Positions 24,693 to 34,183 of a stretch of DNA of 64,000 nt are shown here, one piece after another. Made by a program: the position numbers and the translations under genes. The stretch is from Patescibacteria group bacterium (GTDB lineage: Bacteria; Patescibacteriota; Minisyncoccia; Portnoybacterales; GWB1-42-6). The DNA is taken from NCBI GenBank assembly GCA_022709865.1, contig JAKLIA010000002.1, positions 146,183-210,182 of the forward strand, written 5' to 3'. How positions within the stretch are numbered: position 1 is the first letter of the stretch; each line of letters begins with the position of its first letter. The notes under the pieces were generated by a model. The model made no database searches. It saw nothing but the letters and a program-made list of their open reading frames with translations, and was not told the origin of the DNA.

Positions 24693-25802
24693 TTATATTA
24701 CCAAGCGCTTTTTTCTTGCTAATAAAGCTTCGTCAACGAACTTCTTTATTTTATCTTTAAATGCTTCTTTGTCAAAATCTTTAGCGCGCTGGCGGATAAG
24801 GCTTGGCGAAAACTTTAATTGCTTAAACTTTTTTAATGCGCTAATTAAAGATTCTGGGGTCTGTTCGTAAAAGAATAATCCGGTTTTCCCTTCCTCTACT
24901 ATTTCCAGCGCTCCCCCGCCATGATACGCAATTACGGGCCGGCCGGCGGCCATTGCTTCAACCGCTGTTATGCCAAAATCTTCTTCTTGCGGAAAAATAA
25001 AAGCTTGGCAGCGCGCAAAATAATCCGCCAGCTTTTTTTCCGCCACTAGGCCCAAAAACTCGATATTAGAACCGGCAATCTTTTTCAGCCGGCCCTTATC
25101 CGGACCATCGCCGATAATTTTAAGCGGCCAACCTAATTTATTAAAAGCTTCGATCGCCAGATCAATTTTTTTATACGGCAAGAACCTGGCAACCATCAAA
25201 AAATAATCTTCCGGCTGGCTGCTCAAATAAAAATTATCTGCCTTAACCGGCGGACAGATTACTTGGGCTTGGCGATTATAATATTTCTTGATCCGAGAAG
25301 CCACAAATTGCGAATTAGCCAGATAAACATCGGGGCGCTCGGAAGCCAAAGAATCCCAGACCCGCAAATAGTTCAAAAAGGCCGGAACAATTTTTTTGAT
25401 GAAGGACGGATAATTGAACTCATTAATATATTTATGGCTATCGTCCCAAACATACCGCGTTGGGGTGTGGCAGTAGCAAATATGCAAAGTGTTAGGGCCG
25501 GTGATGACTCCTTTGGCAAAACTAGCCGAATCGGAAATCACCAAATCGTATTTTGACAGGTCAAATTGTTCGATCGCCAAAGGCATCAACATTAAAAATG
25601 GCCGATGATGAGACCTGACCAAAGGAACTTTTTGCAGAAAAGAAGTTCTTATTTTCCGGCCTTCAAAGGCTAGCCCTGTCCGTTGGCGGTCGTAGATCAG
25701 CGAAAAAATAGGCGCCTCGGGCCATATTTCGCAAAATGCCTCCAACACCCGCTCTGCCCCACCGTATTGGTTCAGGTAATCATGAATTAAGGCAACTCTC
25801 AT
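24693..25802 (-). CDS. Glycosyltransferase family 4
   Basis: EDFGITAVEAMAAGRPVIAYHGGGALEIV motif; 369 aa. Confidence 0.7.
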   Translation of the reverse strand: MRVALIHDYLNQYGGAERVLEAFCEIWPEAPIFSLIYDRQRTGLAFEGRKIRTSFLQKVPLVRSHHRPFLMLMPLAIEQFDLSKYDLVISDSASFAKGVITGPNTLHICYCHTPTRYVWDDSHKYINEFNYPSFIKKIVPAFLNYLRVWDSLASERPDVYLANSQFVASRIKKYYNRQAQVICPPVKADNFYLSSQPEDYFLMVARFLPYKKIDLAIEAFNKLGWPLKIIGDGPDKGRLKKIAGSNIEFLGLVAEKKLADYFARCQAFIFPQEEDFGITAVEAMAAGRPVIAYHGGGALEIVEEGKTGLFFYEQTPESLISALKKFKQLKFSPSLIRQRAKDFDKEAFKDKIKKFVDEALLARKKRLVI

Positions 25803-25805
25803 AAT

Positions 25806-27230
25806 CTATCTTCCCCGCCTCCCAAATAACACCACAAACGGAGTTTTCAAAATTATTTTTATATCCATCCACAGCGACCAATTTTCAATATAATATGCAT
25901 CGAGCTTGGCTTCTTCGTCAAAATCAATTTCCGAACGCCCCGATATTTGGCCTAATCCCGTGACACCGGGCTTGGCATTAAAAACTTTTTTATGCCACCG
26001 CTCGTATTTAGCCACTTCCTTGGGCATATGGGGCCTAGGCCCCACTAAGCTCATATTGCCAAGCAGCACGTTAAAAAATTGCGGCAATTCGTCTAAGCTT
26101 GATTTTTCCAAAAATCGGCCGAGTTTCGTCCGGCGCGGGTCATTCATTATTTTAAAGACGGGGCCTCTTCGCCCGCTTTGCTTGGCTGCCAGATCGTCTT
26201 CCAGGGAGCTGGCTTGGCCATCTTTATCGTATTGGGACCCGGTGCAATATTCCAGCTTCATTGAGCGAAACTTATAAGTATTAAAAATGCCATCCGGCCC
26301 CACTCGCTCGTTTTTATAAATAACCGGGCCCGGCGAATCTAATTTCACCAAAATTGCCACAACGGCCATAACCGGCGAAAAAACTATAAGGCAAAAAATT
26401 GAACCCAAAAAATCTATCATTCTTTTGGTAATTTTTCCCCAGCCATCCAGCGCTGTGCGCTTAAGTTCCACCAACGGAATGCCCGCCAAAGAATCAAACT
26501 CCACATTAATGGTTAAAGCTTGGAATAAGTTTGGCACGAACTTAAAATTAAGCCTGCGCTCTTCGCAAAAATCGATTAGCCCCAAGACTTGTTCGCGCGA
26601 AAAATCCGGATTAGCCAAAATTATATCGTCTATCGATCCGCCATCAACCGCCTCTTTTATTTTTGCCAAATCTAGCTCTTGAAAACATTGGACTAAATTA
26701 TAGCCCAGCGACGGCTCGCCTTTAATTTCTTCTATCATCTCTTTGGATATTTTATCGCCGCCAATAACCAGCACATTATGGACGCCAAAATTATAATGCT
26801 TTAGTAAAAACTTTTGGATAATCCGAGTGATGATCCGGCCAAACAACACAAAAAATATCGCCAAAAGCCCCGCGGCAAAAATTAAAAAACGGGAGTCAAA
26901 CCACTCTCGGCGAATAAAACTAAAAACGATCACGCCGGCCAATCCCGCTGAAACACCTATCAAAATGCGCGCAAAGTTTTCGAGCAATCCGTTGGTGCGG
27001 CGAATCTCATAAAGCCCGGACAGCGCAAAGATCGCCAGCATCAAAAGGCCGATGACAATAACCAGCCCAAAATATTTTTCAAAAGGCAAATTAATGCCAA
27101 AAAGCACCGGCCGAGATTCGGCTATCCAAGCGCTGGTCCGCAACCAATAGGCTGCCAGGCCCGCCAGCACCAACATCAAATAATCTATTGGTACCAATGC
27201 CGCTGTAAAAATTAATTCCGCTCTTTTCAT
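25806..27230 (-). CDS. Polyprenyl-phosphate sugar phosphotransferase (bacterial sugar transferase, WbaP/WecA-like initiating enzyme)
   Basis: C-terminal DELPQFFNVLLGNMSLVGPRP signature of PF02397 family; N-terminal TM bundle; 474 aa. Confidence 0.8.
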   Translation of the reverse strand: MKRAELIFTAALVPIDYLMLVLAGLAAYWLRTSAWIAESRPVLFGINLPFEKYFGLVIVIGLLMLAIFALSGLYEIRRTNGLLENFARILIGVSAGLAGVIVFSFIRREWFDSRFLIFAAGLLAIFFVLFGRIITRIIQKFLLKHYNFGVHNVLVIGGDKISKEMIEEIKGEPSLGYNLVQCFQELDLAKIKEAVDGGSIDDIILANPDFSREQVLGLIDFCEERRLNFKFVPNLFQALTINVEFDSLAGIPLVELKRTALDGWGKITKRMIDFLGSIFCLIVFSPVMAVVAILVKLDSPGPVIYKNERVGPDGIFNTYKFRSMKLEYCTGSQYDKDGQASSLEDDLAAKQSGRRGPVFKIMNDPRRTKLGRFLEKSSLDELPQFFNVLLGNMSLVGPRPHMPKEVAKYERWHKKVFNAKPGVTGLGQISGRSEIDFDEEAKLDAYYIENWSLWMDIKIILKTPFVVLFGRRGR

Positions 27231-27281
27231 TGACTGTATTTTACTCCCAAAATCGCTTTAAAATCAAGGCAAATAAAAACT

Positions 27282-27302
27282 GCGCCCCGCAAAGCGGGGC
27301 GC
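27282..27302 (-). terminator. Terminator at 3' end of rnpB
   Basis: Minus strand GCGCCCCGCTTTGCGGGGCGC followed by T-run (plus aaataaaaac 27271..27280). Confidence 0.55.
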
Positions 27303-27304
27303 AG

Positions 27305-27689
27305 CTGCCAAGCAAGTAATAAGCCGGGTTTTGTATTAGAAGCCATCTATCTGGGCCCAGAATTGCTTCAGGGCTCTGGCGATCTACTTGTCTTATGAGA
27401 TCCAAGCTTTCGGTCTCATAGTTTGATCTTGCACCCAGGTAAGGATTTAGCCGTTTCATTTCAGCTTTTAAAACTTCTTTCGAAATTTTTTATAGCTGAC
27501 CTCGCCCTAATTCTGCTTACGCGGAACGGGCGTCCGAGCCCTTTCGGGCTCTAGGACGTTTCTGTTCGCACCTCGCACCTCACGGTGGACGGGAATTACC
27601 CGCTACCCTACTCTTTAACCTTACGGTTAAAGGAGTGCCCGGACTTTCCTCCCTTCGCTTGCGCGAAGGGTAGCTCCTGCTTACTTAGC
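27305..27689 (-). ncRNA. rnpB: RNase P RNA (bacterial type)
   Basis: Minus strand contains P4 strands GGGAGGAAAGUCCGGGCAC (27635..27660 region) and ACAAAACCCGGCUUA (27318..27331), P3 hairpin CCCUUCGCGCAAGCGAAGGG, own promoter and terminator; not in ORF track; spurious ORF 27241..27459 lies inside. Confidence 0.7.
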
Positions 27690-27695
27690 TTTATT

Positions 27696-27724
27696 ATATT
27701 AATAATATTTTAAATACTTGTCAA
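27696..27724 (-). promoter_or_regulatory. rnpB promoter (TTGACA-N17-TAATAT)
   Basis: Minus strand TTGACA 27724..27719, 17-nt spacer, TAATAT 27701..27696; predicted TSS ~27689 matches RNase P 5' end. Confidence 0.5.
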
Positions 27725-27743
27725 CTCAACATAATAAGTAAAA

Positions 27744-27766
27744 AACCCCTTTGTTCTAAAGGGATT
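27744..27766 (-). terminator. Terminator after CDS 27791..28051
   Basis: Minus strand CCCTTTAGAACAAAGGGG then TTTTTAC. Confidence 0.45.
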
Positions 27767-27790
27767 TTTAAATATTTTTTGTGCTTGTTT

Positions 27791-28051
27791 TTATTTCTTT
27801 AGTGGCGCTAAGAGCCGGTTAATTTCATTGCCCAGCTTAGTGCCGCCCATAACAGCGGAAAACTCTTTAATTTGTAATTGCTGATTGTTATCCAACGATA
27901 TAACAACAGCTTCTTTTTCGTTGGCTAGCACTATTGTGCTGCCGTTATAGCATTTTCCCCAGCAACGTCCGACTAAACCAGCTTTTTTATGTTTATCCCA
28001 AGGACCTTGGAGCAATGCTCTCGCCTTAACCAATAACTCGTCTTTCGCCAT
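27791..28051 (-). CDS. Hypothetical small protein
   Basis: 86 aa ORF, no recognised motif. Confidence 0.4.
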   Translation of the reverse strand: MAKDELLVKARALLQGPWDKHKKAGLVGRCWGKCYNGSTIVLANEKEAVVISLDNNQQLQIKEFSAVMGGTKLGNEINRLLAPLKK

Positions 28052-28081
28052 TTTCCCCTCCTTATATTTTTAAATAACTAC

Positions 28082-28714
28082 CTATCTTGCTTCTTCTAAT
28101 TTTTCTTCAATAATTTTTTTAAAATCAGAATAGGATTGGGCGCCAACCAGCTTTTGCCCATTAATAAAAAATGTCGGCGTGGCCTCAACCCCTCTGGTTT
28201 CTCCCTCTTCAAACCATTTGGTTACTTTTGCCGTATATTTATCTGAAGCATAGCAAGCATTAAACTTTTCGCTGTCCAACCCGGCGTTAAGCGCCATATC
28301 TTTTATAACGCTCTCTTCGGTAATTTGCGCCTGGTGGGAAAAAACATAATCATGGAACTCTATGAACTTGTTCTGCTCCTGGCTGCAAAGAGCCGCCCAG
28401 CCAAGTTCGTAGGGCGGATAGACATAAAAGACCATTTTTACCTTGCCGGTTTTCACATAATCTTCCTTGATCTGTTCTAAAGTGATAGTGGCAAAACGGG
28501 CGCAAGCCGTGCACAAAAAATTAGTGTATTCCTCTATCGTGACCGGCGCGTCAGGATTGCCTATTGTAATTCCTTCTTCAGATACGGCCAAAGAACCAGC
28601 CGGTAGAGAACTGGAAATAGAAGCGCTGGGCGCTTGCTTGGAATAATACCAGCCACCGCCAATTAATAAGATCGAGGCGATAACGGCAAAAATAATAATT
28701 TTTTTATTGGTCAT
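28082..28714 (-). CDS. DsbA/thioredoxin-like thiol:disulfide oxidoreductase (membrane-anchored)
   Basis: CTAC active-site CxxC in thioredoxin-fold context (NFLCTACARF), N-terminal TM. Confidence 0.65.
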   Translation of the reverse strand: MTNKKIIIFAVIASILLIGGGWYYSKQAPSASISSSLPAGSLAVSEEGITIGNPDAPVTIEEYTNFLCTACARFATITLEQIKEDYVKTGKVKMVFYVYPPYELGWAALCSQEQNKFIEFHDYVFSHQAQITEESVIKDMALNAGLDSEKFNACYASDKYTAKVTKWFEEGETRGVEATPTFFINGQKLVGAQSYSDFKKIIEEKLEEAR

Positions 28715-28763
28715 TTTTCCGCTTTATTTTTATATTAAATATTAACCTTTTTTGAGACCAGCG

Positions 28764-28949
28764 TCAATTTTCTAAGTTGCTCTCATTATTTATCTCCCCT
28801 TCGTCTTCTATTTGCCCGACTAGGATATTTTTATAATAATTATCCGGGGAAGAAACAAAATCATCATAAACTCGCAGCATAAAAAATAAAACGCCAATTT
28901 CTAAAATGACAACTGCGACCAATCCCAATTTTACCGGCGACTGATTCAT
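28764..28949 (-). CDS. Hypothetical small membrane protein
   Basis: 61 aa, one TM. Confidence 0.3.
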   Translation of the reverse strand: MNQSPVKLGLVAVVILEIGVLFFMLRVYDDFVSSPDNYYKNILVGQIEDEGEINNESNLEN

Positions 28950-28988
28950 ATAACAGCTTTTGCCTATTTTTATTATTTATTGCAAAAA

Positions 28989-29657
28989 CTAGATCCTGAT
29001 ATACTTTTCCCAACGTTCAAAAAGTTCTGCTGTGGCTTTCACATCATCGGCGCAATATTTGGCGATTTCCAGATATTTGCCTTTCTTAAAATATTCCTGC
29101 ACTTTATCACCGCTCATGCCTTCGGTTTTAACGCTCTTTAATTTAAAAGACCGGCAATAAAAATCCAGGGAAAACTTGCGGAAAGCATCATAAAACGTCA
29201 GCTGGTCCAACAGGTCAATATGCTCTTTGTCGCTATAGCGATACGGCATAATATTCCTGGTCGGCCGGACTTTCAAAGCGCCAGACCTTAACGCCAAAAA
29301 CGGGCAATCAAACTTCCGGCCGTTAAAGGTGATGTATTGGTCATAATTTTTTATCTCTTGCCAAAACTGCTCCAAAAGCTCTTTTTCGGCCATCGGCAAA
29401 TATTCAATGCCGTCTTCTATTGTGGGTTTTATCTTAGCGCCGGGCGCCTGAAAATAAACCCGGCCCTTATTGGTATCGGGATTTAAAAGGCAGATAGCCA
29501 CCACTTCGCCTGTTAAAGGAGAGAGGCCCAACCTATCTTTAGCCTCCTGGTTCTTTTTTTCGTCTTCGCTGTCTTTTAAAATATATTTTTGCTCTTCAGC
29601 CGATAATCCGTCAAAGTCAACGCCAATGGTCTCAATGTCAAAAACGATTCTAGACAT
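28989..29657 (-). CDS. 3'-5' exonuclease, RNase H-like (DnaQ/PolB-exo-like, COG3298-type)
   Basis: Exo I motif FDIETIG at N-terminus, later YxxxD-like motif; 222 aa. Confidence 0.6.
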   Translation of the reverse strand: MSRIVFDIETIGVDFDGLSAEEQKYILKDSEDEKKNQEAKDRLGLSPLTGEVVAICLLNPDTNKGRVYFQAPGAKIKPTIEDGIEYLPMAEKELLEQFWQEIKNYDQYITFNGRKFDCPFLALRSGALKVRPTRNIMPYRYSDKEHIDLLDQLTFYDAFRKFSLDFYCRSFKLKSVKTEGMSGDKVQEYFKKGKYLEIAKYCADDVKATAELFERWEKYIRI

Positions 29658-29681
29658 AGAAATTAATATTTAATAATTAAT

Positions 29682-29846
29682 TTAGTCGCCTGCGAACTTA
29701 TGCCCGGGCTTAGCCTTAACCTTGGCTCGGCGCGCCATATCCTGCCGAATGCAACGATAAATATTTTGCATATCGGCAAACTTGCCGGCCTTAGCCCGTT
29801 TCATATAGTGCGTCTTTTTTTGGGGCTTGATTTGGGTGCGACGCAT
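29682..29846 (-). CDS. Small highly basic protein (54 aa; possible ribosomal/RNA-binding protein), not in ORF track
   Basis: Minus-strand ORF MRRTQIKPQKKTHYMKRAKAGKFADMQNIYRCIRQDMARRAKVKAKPGHKFAGD, ATG at 29846, TAA at 29684..29682; weak S21-like KAGKFAD segment. Confidence 0.35.
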   Translation of the reverse strand: MRRTQIKPQKKTHYMKRAKAGKFADMQNIYRCIRQDMARRAKVKAKPGHKFAGD

Positions 29847-29869
29847 ATATCTTTGCTTATTATTAGCTG

Positions 29870-30643
29870 CTATTCGCTAATAGTTATCTCTTTCATTATA
29901 TCCCCTTGCTGGATTTTTTTCACTACATCCATCCCTTCTATCACCCGGCCAAAAACCGTATGCTTGCCGTCTAAATGAGGCTGGGCTTCGTCCGTCACGA
30001 TAAAAAATTGGCTGCCATTGGTGTTGGGCCCGGAATTGGCCATAGCCAAAGAACCAGCTTCCATTTTATGGGAGGTTAAGCTTTTATTATATTGGTAGCC
30101 TTGGGCTTCATAAGATTTGATCGTTTCTTCCGATAGCCCCAAGCTCCAAGGATTTATTTCGTCTTCAAAAGTATAGCCTGGGCCGCCCGTGCCATCGCCC
30201 TTCGGGTCTCCCCCCTGAATGACAAAATCAGCTACTACTCGATGAAAAGTTAATCCGTTATAAAAACCGTTTTTGGCCAAAGTGGCAAAGTTTAAAACGG
30301 TCTTAGGCGCCGCCTCCGGATAAAACTCTATTTTAATATTCCCCCTGTCGGTTTTGATTACGGCTGTCCTAGCTGTTGTCTTTTGCATATTTTGATTATC
30401 AAGCGACGGCGACAAAGACGGAAATATCTGCCCCGGCTGGCTGCTCGCTGATGGGGTTGGAGACGCTTCTCCCTGTGCCAAACGCCAATTTAAAAACTTA
30501 GTGATGCCAAAAACCAATAAAGCTAAAATCGCTAGCCCCAACAAAACGCCAACCGCAATCGTGCGGTTGCGATGCCGGCGTTCTTGCATTTCTGTTTCGG
30601 CTTCCATCTTTTTTTGTTCGCGGATTTTTTGTATCTTGCCCAT
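29870..30643 (-). CDS. ppiB: Peptidyl-prolyl cis-trans isomerase, cyclophilin type (membrane-anchored)
   Basis: FHRVVADFVIQGGDP, GSLAMANSGPNTNGSQFFI cyclophilin signatures; N-terminal TM and Ser/Pro linker. Confidence 0.85.
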   Translation of the reverse strand: MGKIQKIREQKKMEAETEMQERRHRNRTIAVGVLLGLAILALLVFGITKFLNWRLAQGEASPTPSASSQPGQIFPSLSPSLDNQNMQKTTARTAVIKTDRGNIKIEFYPEAAPKTVLNFATLAKNGFYNGLTFHRVVADFVIQGGDPKGDGTGGPGYTFEDEINPWSLGLSEETIKSYEAQGYQYNKSLTSHKMEAGSLAMANSGPNTNGSQFFIVTDEAQPHLDGKHTVFGRVIEGMDVVKKIQQGDIMKEITISE

Positions 30644-30661
30644 ATTAATTATGCTTTATTT

Positions 30662-31126
30662 TTATTTAATAATTTGGTATATGGCCGCTCCAAAAGCCAC
30701 GCTCACATTCAACGATTCTTTTTGGCCCTTCATAGGGAGAAAAACTACTTTATCGCAGCGGCTTAAAATATTTTTTGATAGCCCTTTAACTTCATTTCCC
30801 AAAACCAAGGCTAAAGGAAACTTTGGCTTAAAGCTAAAAATATTTTCAGCCTTTTGAGTTTTTTCTAAGGCAATAATATTATAGCCGGCTGATTTTAAAT
30901 CGTCTAATGCCCGCCAAGTTTGCCAAACACGCTGAAAGGGCACGCTTTTTTCCGCTCCCAGCGCCGTTTTTATAAGTTTGGGATGCGGCGGATAAGCGCT
31001 CCAGCCGCCTAAAATTATTTTATTAACCCCCGCTCCGTCGGCTGTCCGGAAAATCGAGCCGACATTGAACGCGCTGCGGATATTATGGCAAACAACAATT
31101 ACCTCTTTTTTATTTTTGCGATTCAT
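30662..31126 (-). CDS. SpoU/TrmH-family RNA 2'-O-methyltransferase
   Basis: LGNEVKGLS and C-terminal NVSVAFGAAIY SPOUT motifs; 154 aa. Confidence 0.7.
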   Translation of the reverse strand: MNRKNKKEVIVVCHNIRSAFNVGSIFRTADGAGVNKIILGGWSAYPPHPKLIKTALGAEKSVPFQRVWQTWRALDDLKSAGYNIIALEKTQKAENIFSFKPKFPLALVLGNEVKGLSKNILSRCDKVVFLPMKGQKESLNVSVAFGAAIYQIIK

Positions 31127-31520
31127 CTATTTCCACTTTTATCTTTTCTTCTTCTTTTTTTATCGCGCCAACCCGAGAATTAATAGAATCCAAAAGTTTC
31201 TTTATCTCTTCTACTCTTTCAGCCAAGGTTAAAGCTTCTTCCAGCCTTATTTCTGTTATCTTTCTCCGGCCGCGAAAGGCATTGATCAAAACTTCATCCC
31301 CTATAGCAATCGCCACTAAAAGCCCCGTCGATAGCAAAATAACTACCCCAAAAATTATTGATAACCAAGGATTTAAATTGATTTCATCCGCCAAATGCCA
31401 AACTCCGCGCCAAATCAAAACAATGCCCAAAATGCCGATCAACGCATAAAGTATCGGCCAGTGGCTTAAACGATGCCTGATCTTATCCTCTAAAATATCA
31501 AAAAGCTTTAATAATTTCAT
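31110..31520 (-). CDS. Hypothetical membrane protein
   Basis: 136 aa, 2 TM, C-terminal coiled coil. Confidence 0.4.
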   Translation of the reverse strand: MKLLKLFDILEDKIRHRLSHWPILYALIGILGIVLIWRGVWHLADEINLNPWLSIIFGVVILLSTGLLVAIAIGDEVLINAFRGRRKITEIRLEEALTLAERVEEIKKLLDSINSRVGAIKKEEEKIKVEIDESQK

Positions 31521-31580
31521 GGTTATTTTTTATATTAAAATAATTATTATTTTTGGCGAATAGAATCCCCTTGCCATTAT

Positions 31581-32414
31581 CTATGGCTTGAGGCGTTGGC
31601 AGGCGGGGCAAAAATGCGCTGAGCGCCCGCCAGCTTTTATTCTTACTATACTACTTTTACATTTTACACATTTTTCTCCTTCCCTGCCATAGACTCTCAA
31701 TTCTTGCGCAAACTTCCCTTTTTTCCCAAAAGCGTCTAAATAATCGCTCGAAGAAGTTCCCCTTAGCTTTACTGCCAAAGACAATATCTTTTTTATATTA
31801 TCGTATATTTTTTTAATCTCCTCTTGTTTTAGAGAAAAAACCCGCTGCAACGGATGCACGCGGCTGGCAAACAAAATCTCATCGGAATAGATATTGCCTA
31901 TACCGGCGATATTTTTAGGGTCCATCAAAAATTGCTTTATTTTGGCTTTGGGTTTCTTTAACAATACTTCTTTAAATCTGGCTAAAGTAAAACTTGCCGG
32001 CAGGGGTTCTGGCCCCAGGCCTTCTTTTATAAAAAAAGCATCTAATTCTTCCGTTCTCGCTAATTTTAAATAACCGAATTGCCGCAAATCGTTAAACAGC
32101 ATTTGGCTCCCATCCGCAAAATTAAAAATCACGTGGGTGTGCTTATGGCGGCTGCAAACTTCTTCGCTAAATATCAGCTGGCCGGTCATTTTAAGGTGCA
32201 CCAATAAGCTCCAGCCATTATCCATTTCAAAAATTAATATTTTGGCGCGCCGGCTGATCTTTTTTATTATTGCGCCCTGAAGCGCCCGCCCAAAAGCAAC
32301 CAATGGCGCTTTAACGATTTTAGGCAAAGAAACTTCTATTTTTTTTATTTTTTTCCCGCTAACAACTCTTTCTAATTGCCGGCTAATAGTTTCAACCTCT
32401 GGAAGTTCTGGCAT
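31581..32414 (-). CDS. mutM: Formamidopyrimidine-DNA glycosylase (Fpg/MutM)
   Basis: MPELPEVETI N-terminus with catalytic Pro2/Glu3, C-terminal zinc finger CVKC...CPAC. Confidence 0.8.
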   Translation of the reverse strand: MPELPEVETISRQLERVVSGKKIKKIEVSLPKIVKAPLVAFGRALQGAIIKKISRRAKILIFEMDNGWSLLVHLKMTGQLIFSEEVCSRHKHTHVIFNFADGSQMLFNDLRQFGYLKLARTEELDAFFIKEGLGPEPLPASFTLARFKEVLLKKPKAKIKQFLMDPKNIAGIGNIYSDEILFASRVHPLQRVFSLKQEEIKKIYDNIKKILSLAVKLRGTSSSDYLDAFGKKGKFAQELRVYGREGEKCVKCKSSIVRIKAGGRSAHFCPACQRLKP

Positions 32415-32506
32415 AATTAATTAGTTTGTCTAATAATTTGTTAATTTATTGTAATTTAAATCTATTAAAAAAACAAACCCTGGGTAAAACCGCAGGGTTT
32501 GTGATA

Positions 32507-32923
32507 CTAAGCCTTTATTGGCTCTTGAGCTGACGGAATAATAATTTCCGGCAAAGCTTTTTTCGATAAATGGAAAAGAATAATGTAAGCCGCTCTCTCT
32601 GCTAAATCAGTGACGTTTTTATTATTTAACCGGCTTTCCTCGATTACCCAAATTAATTTTGGCCTTTCTTGTCCAGGCGCCTTAACAAAAATAGAGATCA
32701 TCATTTCTTGATTATTTTCTTCCAGAACGAAAGCTACCGAGTCCTTTATGATTTCAAAACTTTTTTCGTCCGGAGAAACATCGTACAAAATATTGCTCAC
32801 CTCGGCCCGAAAAACATTATACATAGACTCTTTAGACAGGCTATTTTTAGCTAGGAATCCCGTAAAAAACAACAGGGCAAGAAAAATAACCACCACTGAT
32901 AACAACAGCTTAACTTTTCCCAT
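32507..32923 (-). CDS. Hypothetical membrane-anchored protein
   Basis: 138 aa, N-terminal TM. Confidence 0.4.
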   Translation of the reverse strand: MGKVKLLLSVVVIFLALLFFTGFLAKNSLSKESMYNVFRAEVSNILYDVSPDEKSFEIIKDSVAFVLEENNQEMMISIFVKAPGQERPKLIWVIEESRLNNKNVTDLAERAAYIILFHLSKKALPEIIIPSAQEPIKA

Positions 32924-32951
32924 ATTCCCTCCCGTTTTCCTTATTTTTTAT

Positions 32952-34172
32952 TTAGAAAAGAACTTTTCCGCCAATTAAAACCTTCTCCACGTCTCCCCCT
33001 TGGGCTGCATAGACCAAATGAGAAATTGGGTTAAAACAAGGCTTTAAATGCGGCCTTTTGTCAAAGTCTATTATCACTATATCAGCCTCTTTGCCGATGT
33101 CAATGGAACCGATTTTGTCATCAATTTTCAAGGCCTTGGCGCCGTTTATTGTGGCTAAGTCCAAAATAGTTTGCGCGCTGGCGGCAGATGGATCTTTTTC
33201 ATTCCATTTATGGATTAACGCAGCTATTTTCATGTCTTCCAATAGATCCAAGTTATTATTCGAAGACGGCCCATCCGCGCCTAAGCAAACATTCACTCCA
33301 GCCTTTAACAATTTGCTAAGCGGCATTACCCCTGAAGCCAGCTTTAAATTAGAAGTAGGACAATGAGCCACGCTAACTTTATTTTTTGCCAAAATATTTA
33401 TCTCGTTATCCGTTAGCCAGCAGCAATGCGCCGCGACAACATTACCGCCCAAAAAGCCAAGTTTTTCCAGATATTCAACCGGCCGGCAGCCATGCGCCTT
33501 TTGGCAATCATCAACTTCCCCTTCTGTCTCGGCTAAATGAATATGCAATAATAAATCATTTTCATCGGCAAATTTTTTACACCAAACTAAAGTCTCGCGG
33601 CTCACCGCATAAATTGAATGGGGCGTTAATGTTAATTTTATTTTATCGTTAACTTTTGGCTTCAGCTGCCTATAAAGGTTAGCTATCCTGTCCGCCCCGA
33701 TATCCATGCCGTTAGTGTCCAAAGCAGTTAAGCCCACAAAATCACGCAAACCAGCCTTAGCCGCGGCCGCAATTTCCTTTTCCGGCTGCCAATACATATT
33801 ATTAAAAGTCGTCGTGCCGCTTTGCAGCATTTCTTCACAAGCCAATTCGGTGCCGCGGTAAATATCTGCCGGCTTAAGCTTGGCTTCCGCCGGCCAGATC
33901 TTTTCCGTTAGCCATTTCTTCAAAGGCAAATCGTCTGCGTAGCCGCGCAAAAGAGCCATAGCCGCGTGGGTATGGGCGTTAATTAATCCGGGCAAAGCTA
34001 TTTTTCCTTTTCCATCAATAATTTTCTTTTTGGCTTTAGCGTATTTTTTCTCTATTTTTTTGCTTTGTCCAACTTCCGCGATTTTACTGCCCTCAATTAA
34101 AATCGCGCCATCCTTAATTACTTGGCGCTGAGCATTTTGCGTTATAATAGTTATATTTTTAATTAGAATCAT
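32952..34172 (-). CDS. Amidohydrolase family nucleoside/nucleobase deaminase (MtaD/SsnA-like chlorohydrolase family)
   Basis: GLINAHTHAAMALLRG metal-binding HxH, later HLAE and Asp motifs; 406 aa. Confidence 0.7.
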   Translation of the reverse strand: MILIKNITIITQNAQRQVIKDGAILIEGSKIAEVGQSKKIEKKYAKAKKKIIDGKGKIALPGLINAHTHAAMALLRGYADDLPLKKWLTEKIWPAEAKLKPADIYRGTELACEEMLQSGTTTFNNMYWQPEKEIAAAAKAGLRDFVGLTALDTNGMDIGADRIANLYRQLKPKVNDKIKLTLTPHSIYAVSRETLVWCKKFADENDLLLHIHLAETEGEVDDCQKAHGCRPVEYLEKLGFLGGNVVAAHCCWLTDNEINILAKNKVSVAHCPTSNLKLASGVMPLSKLLKAGVNVCLGADGPSSNNNLDLLEDMKIAALIHKWNEKDPSAASAQTILDLATINGAKALKIDDKIGSIDIGKEADIVIIDFDKRPHLKPCFNPISHLVYAAQGGDVEKVLIGGKVLF

Positions 34173-34183
34173 TTCTTTACCTT

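Noticed and set aside
27241-27459. 72-aa ORF
   Set aside because: Lies entirely inside the RNase P RNA gene and its terminator.
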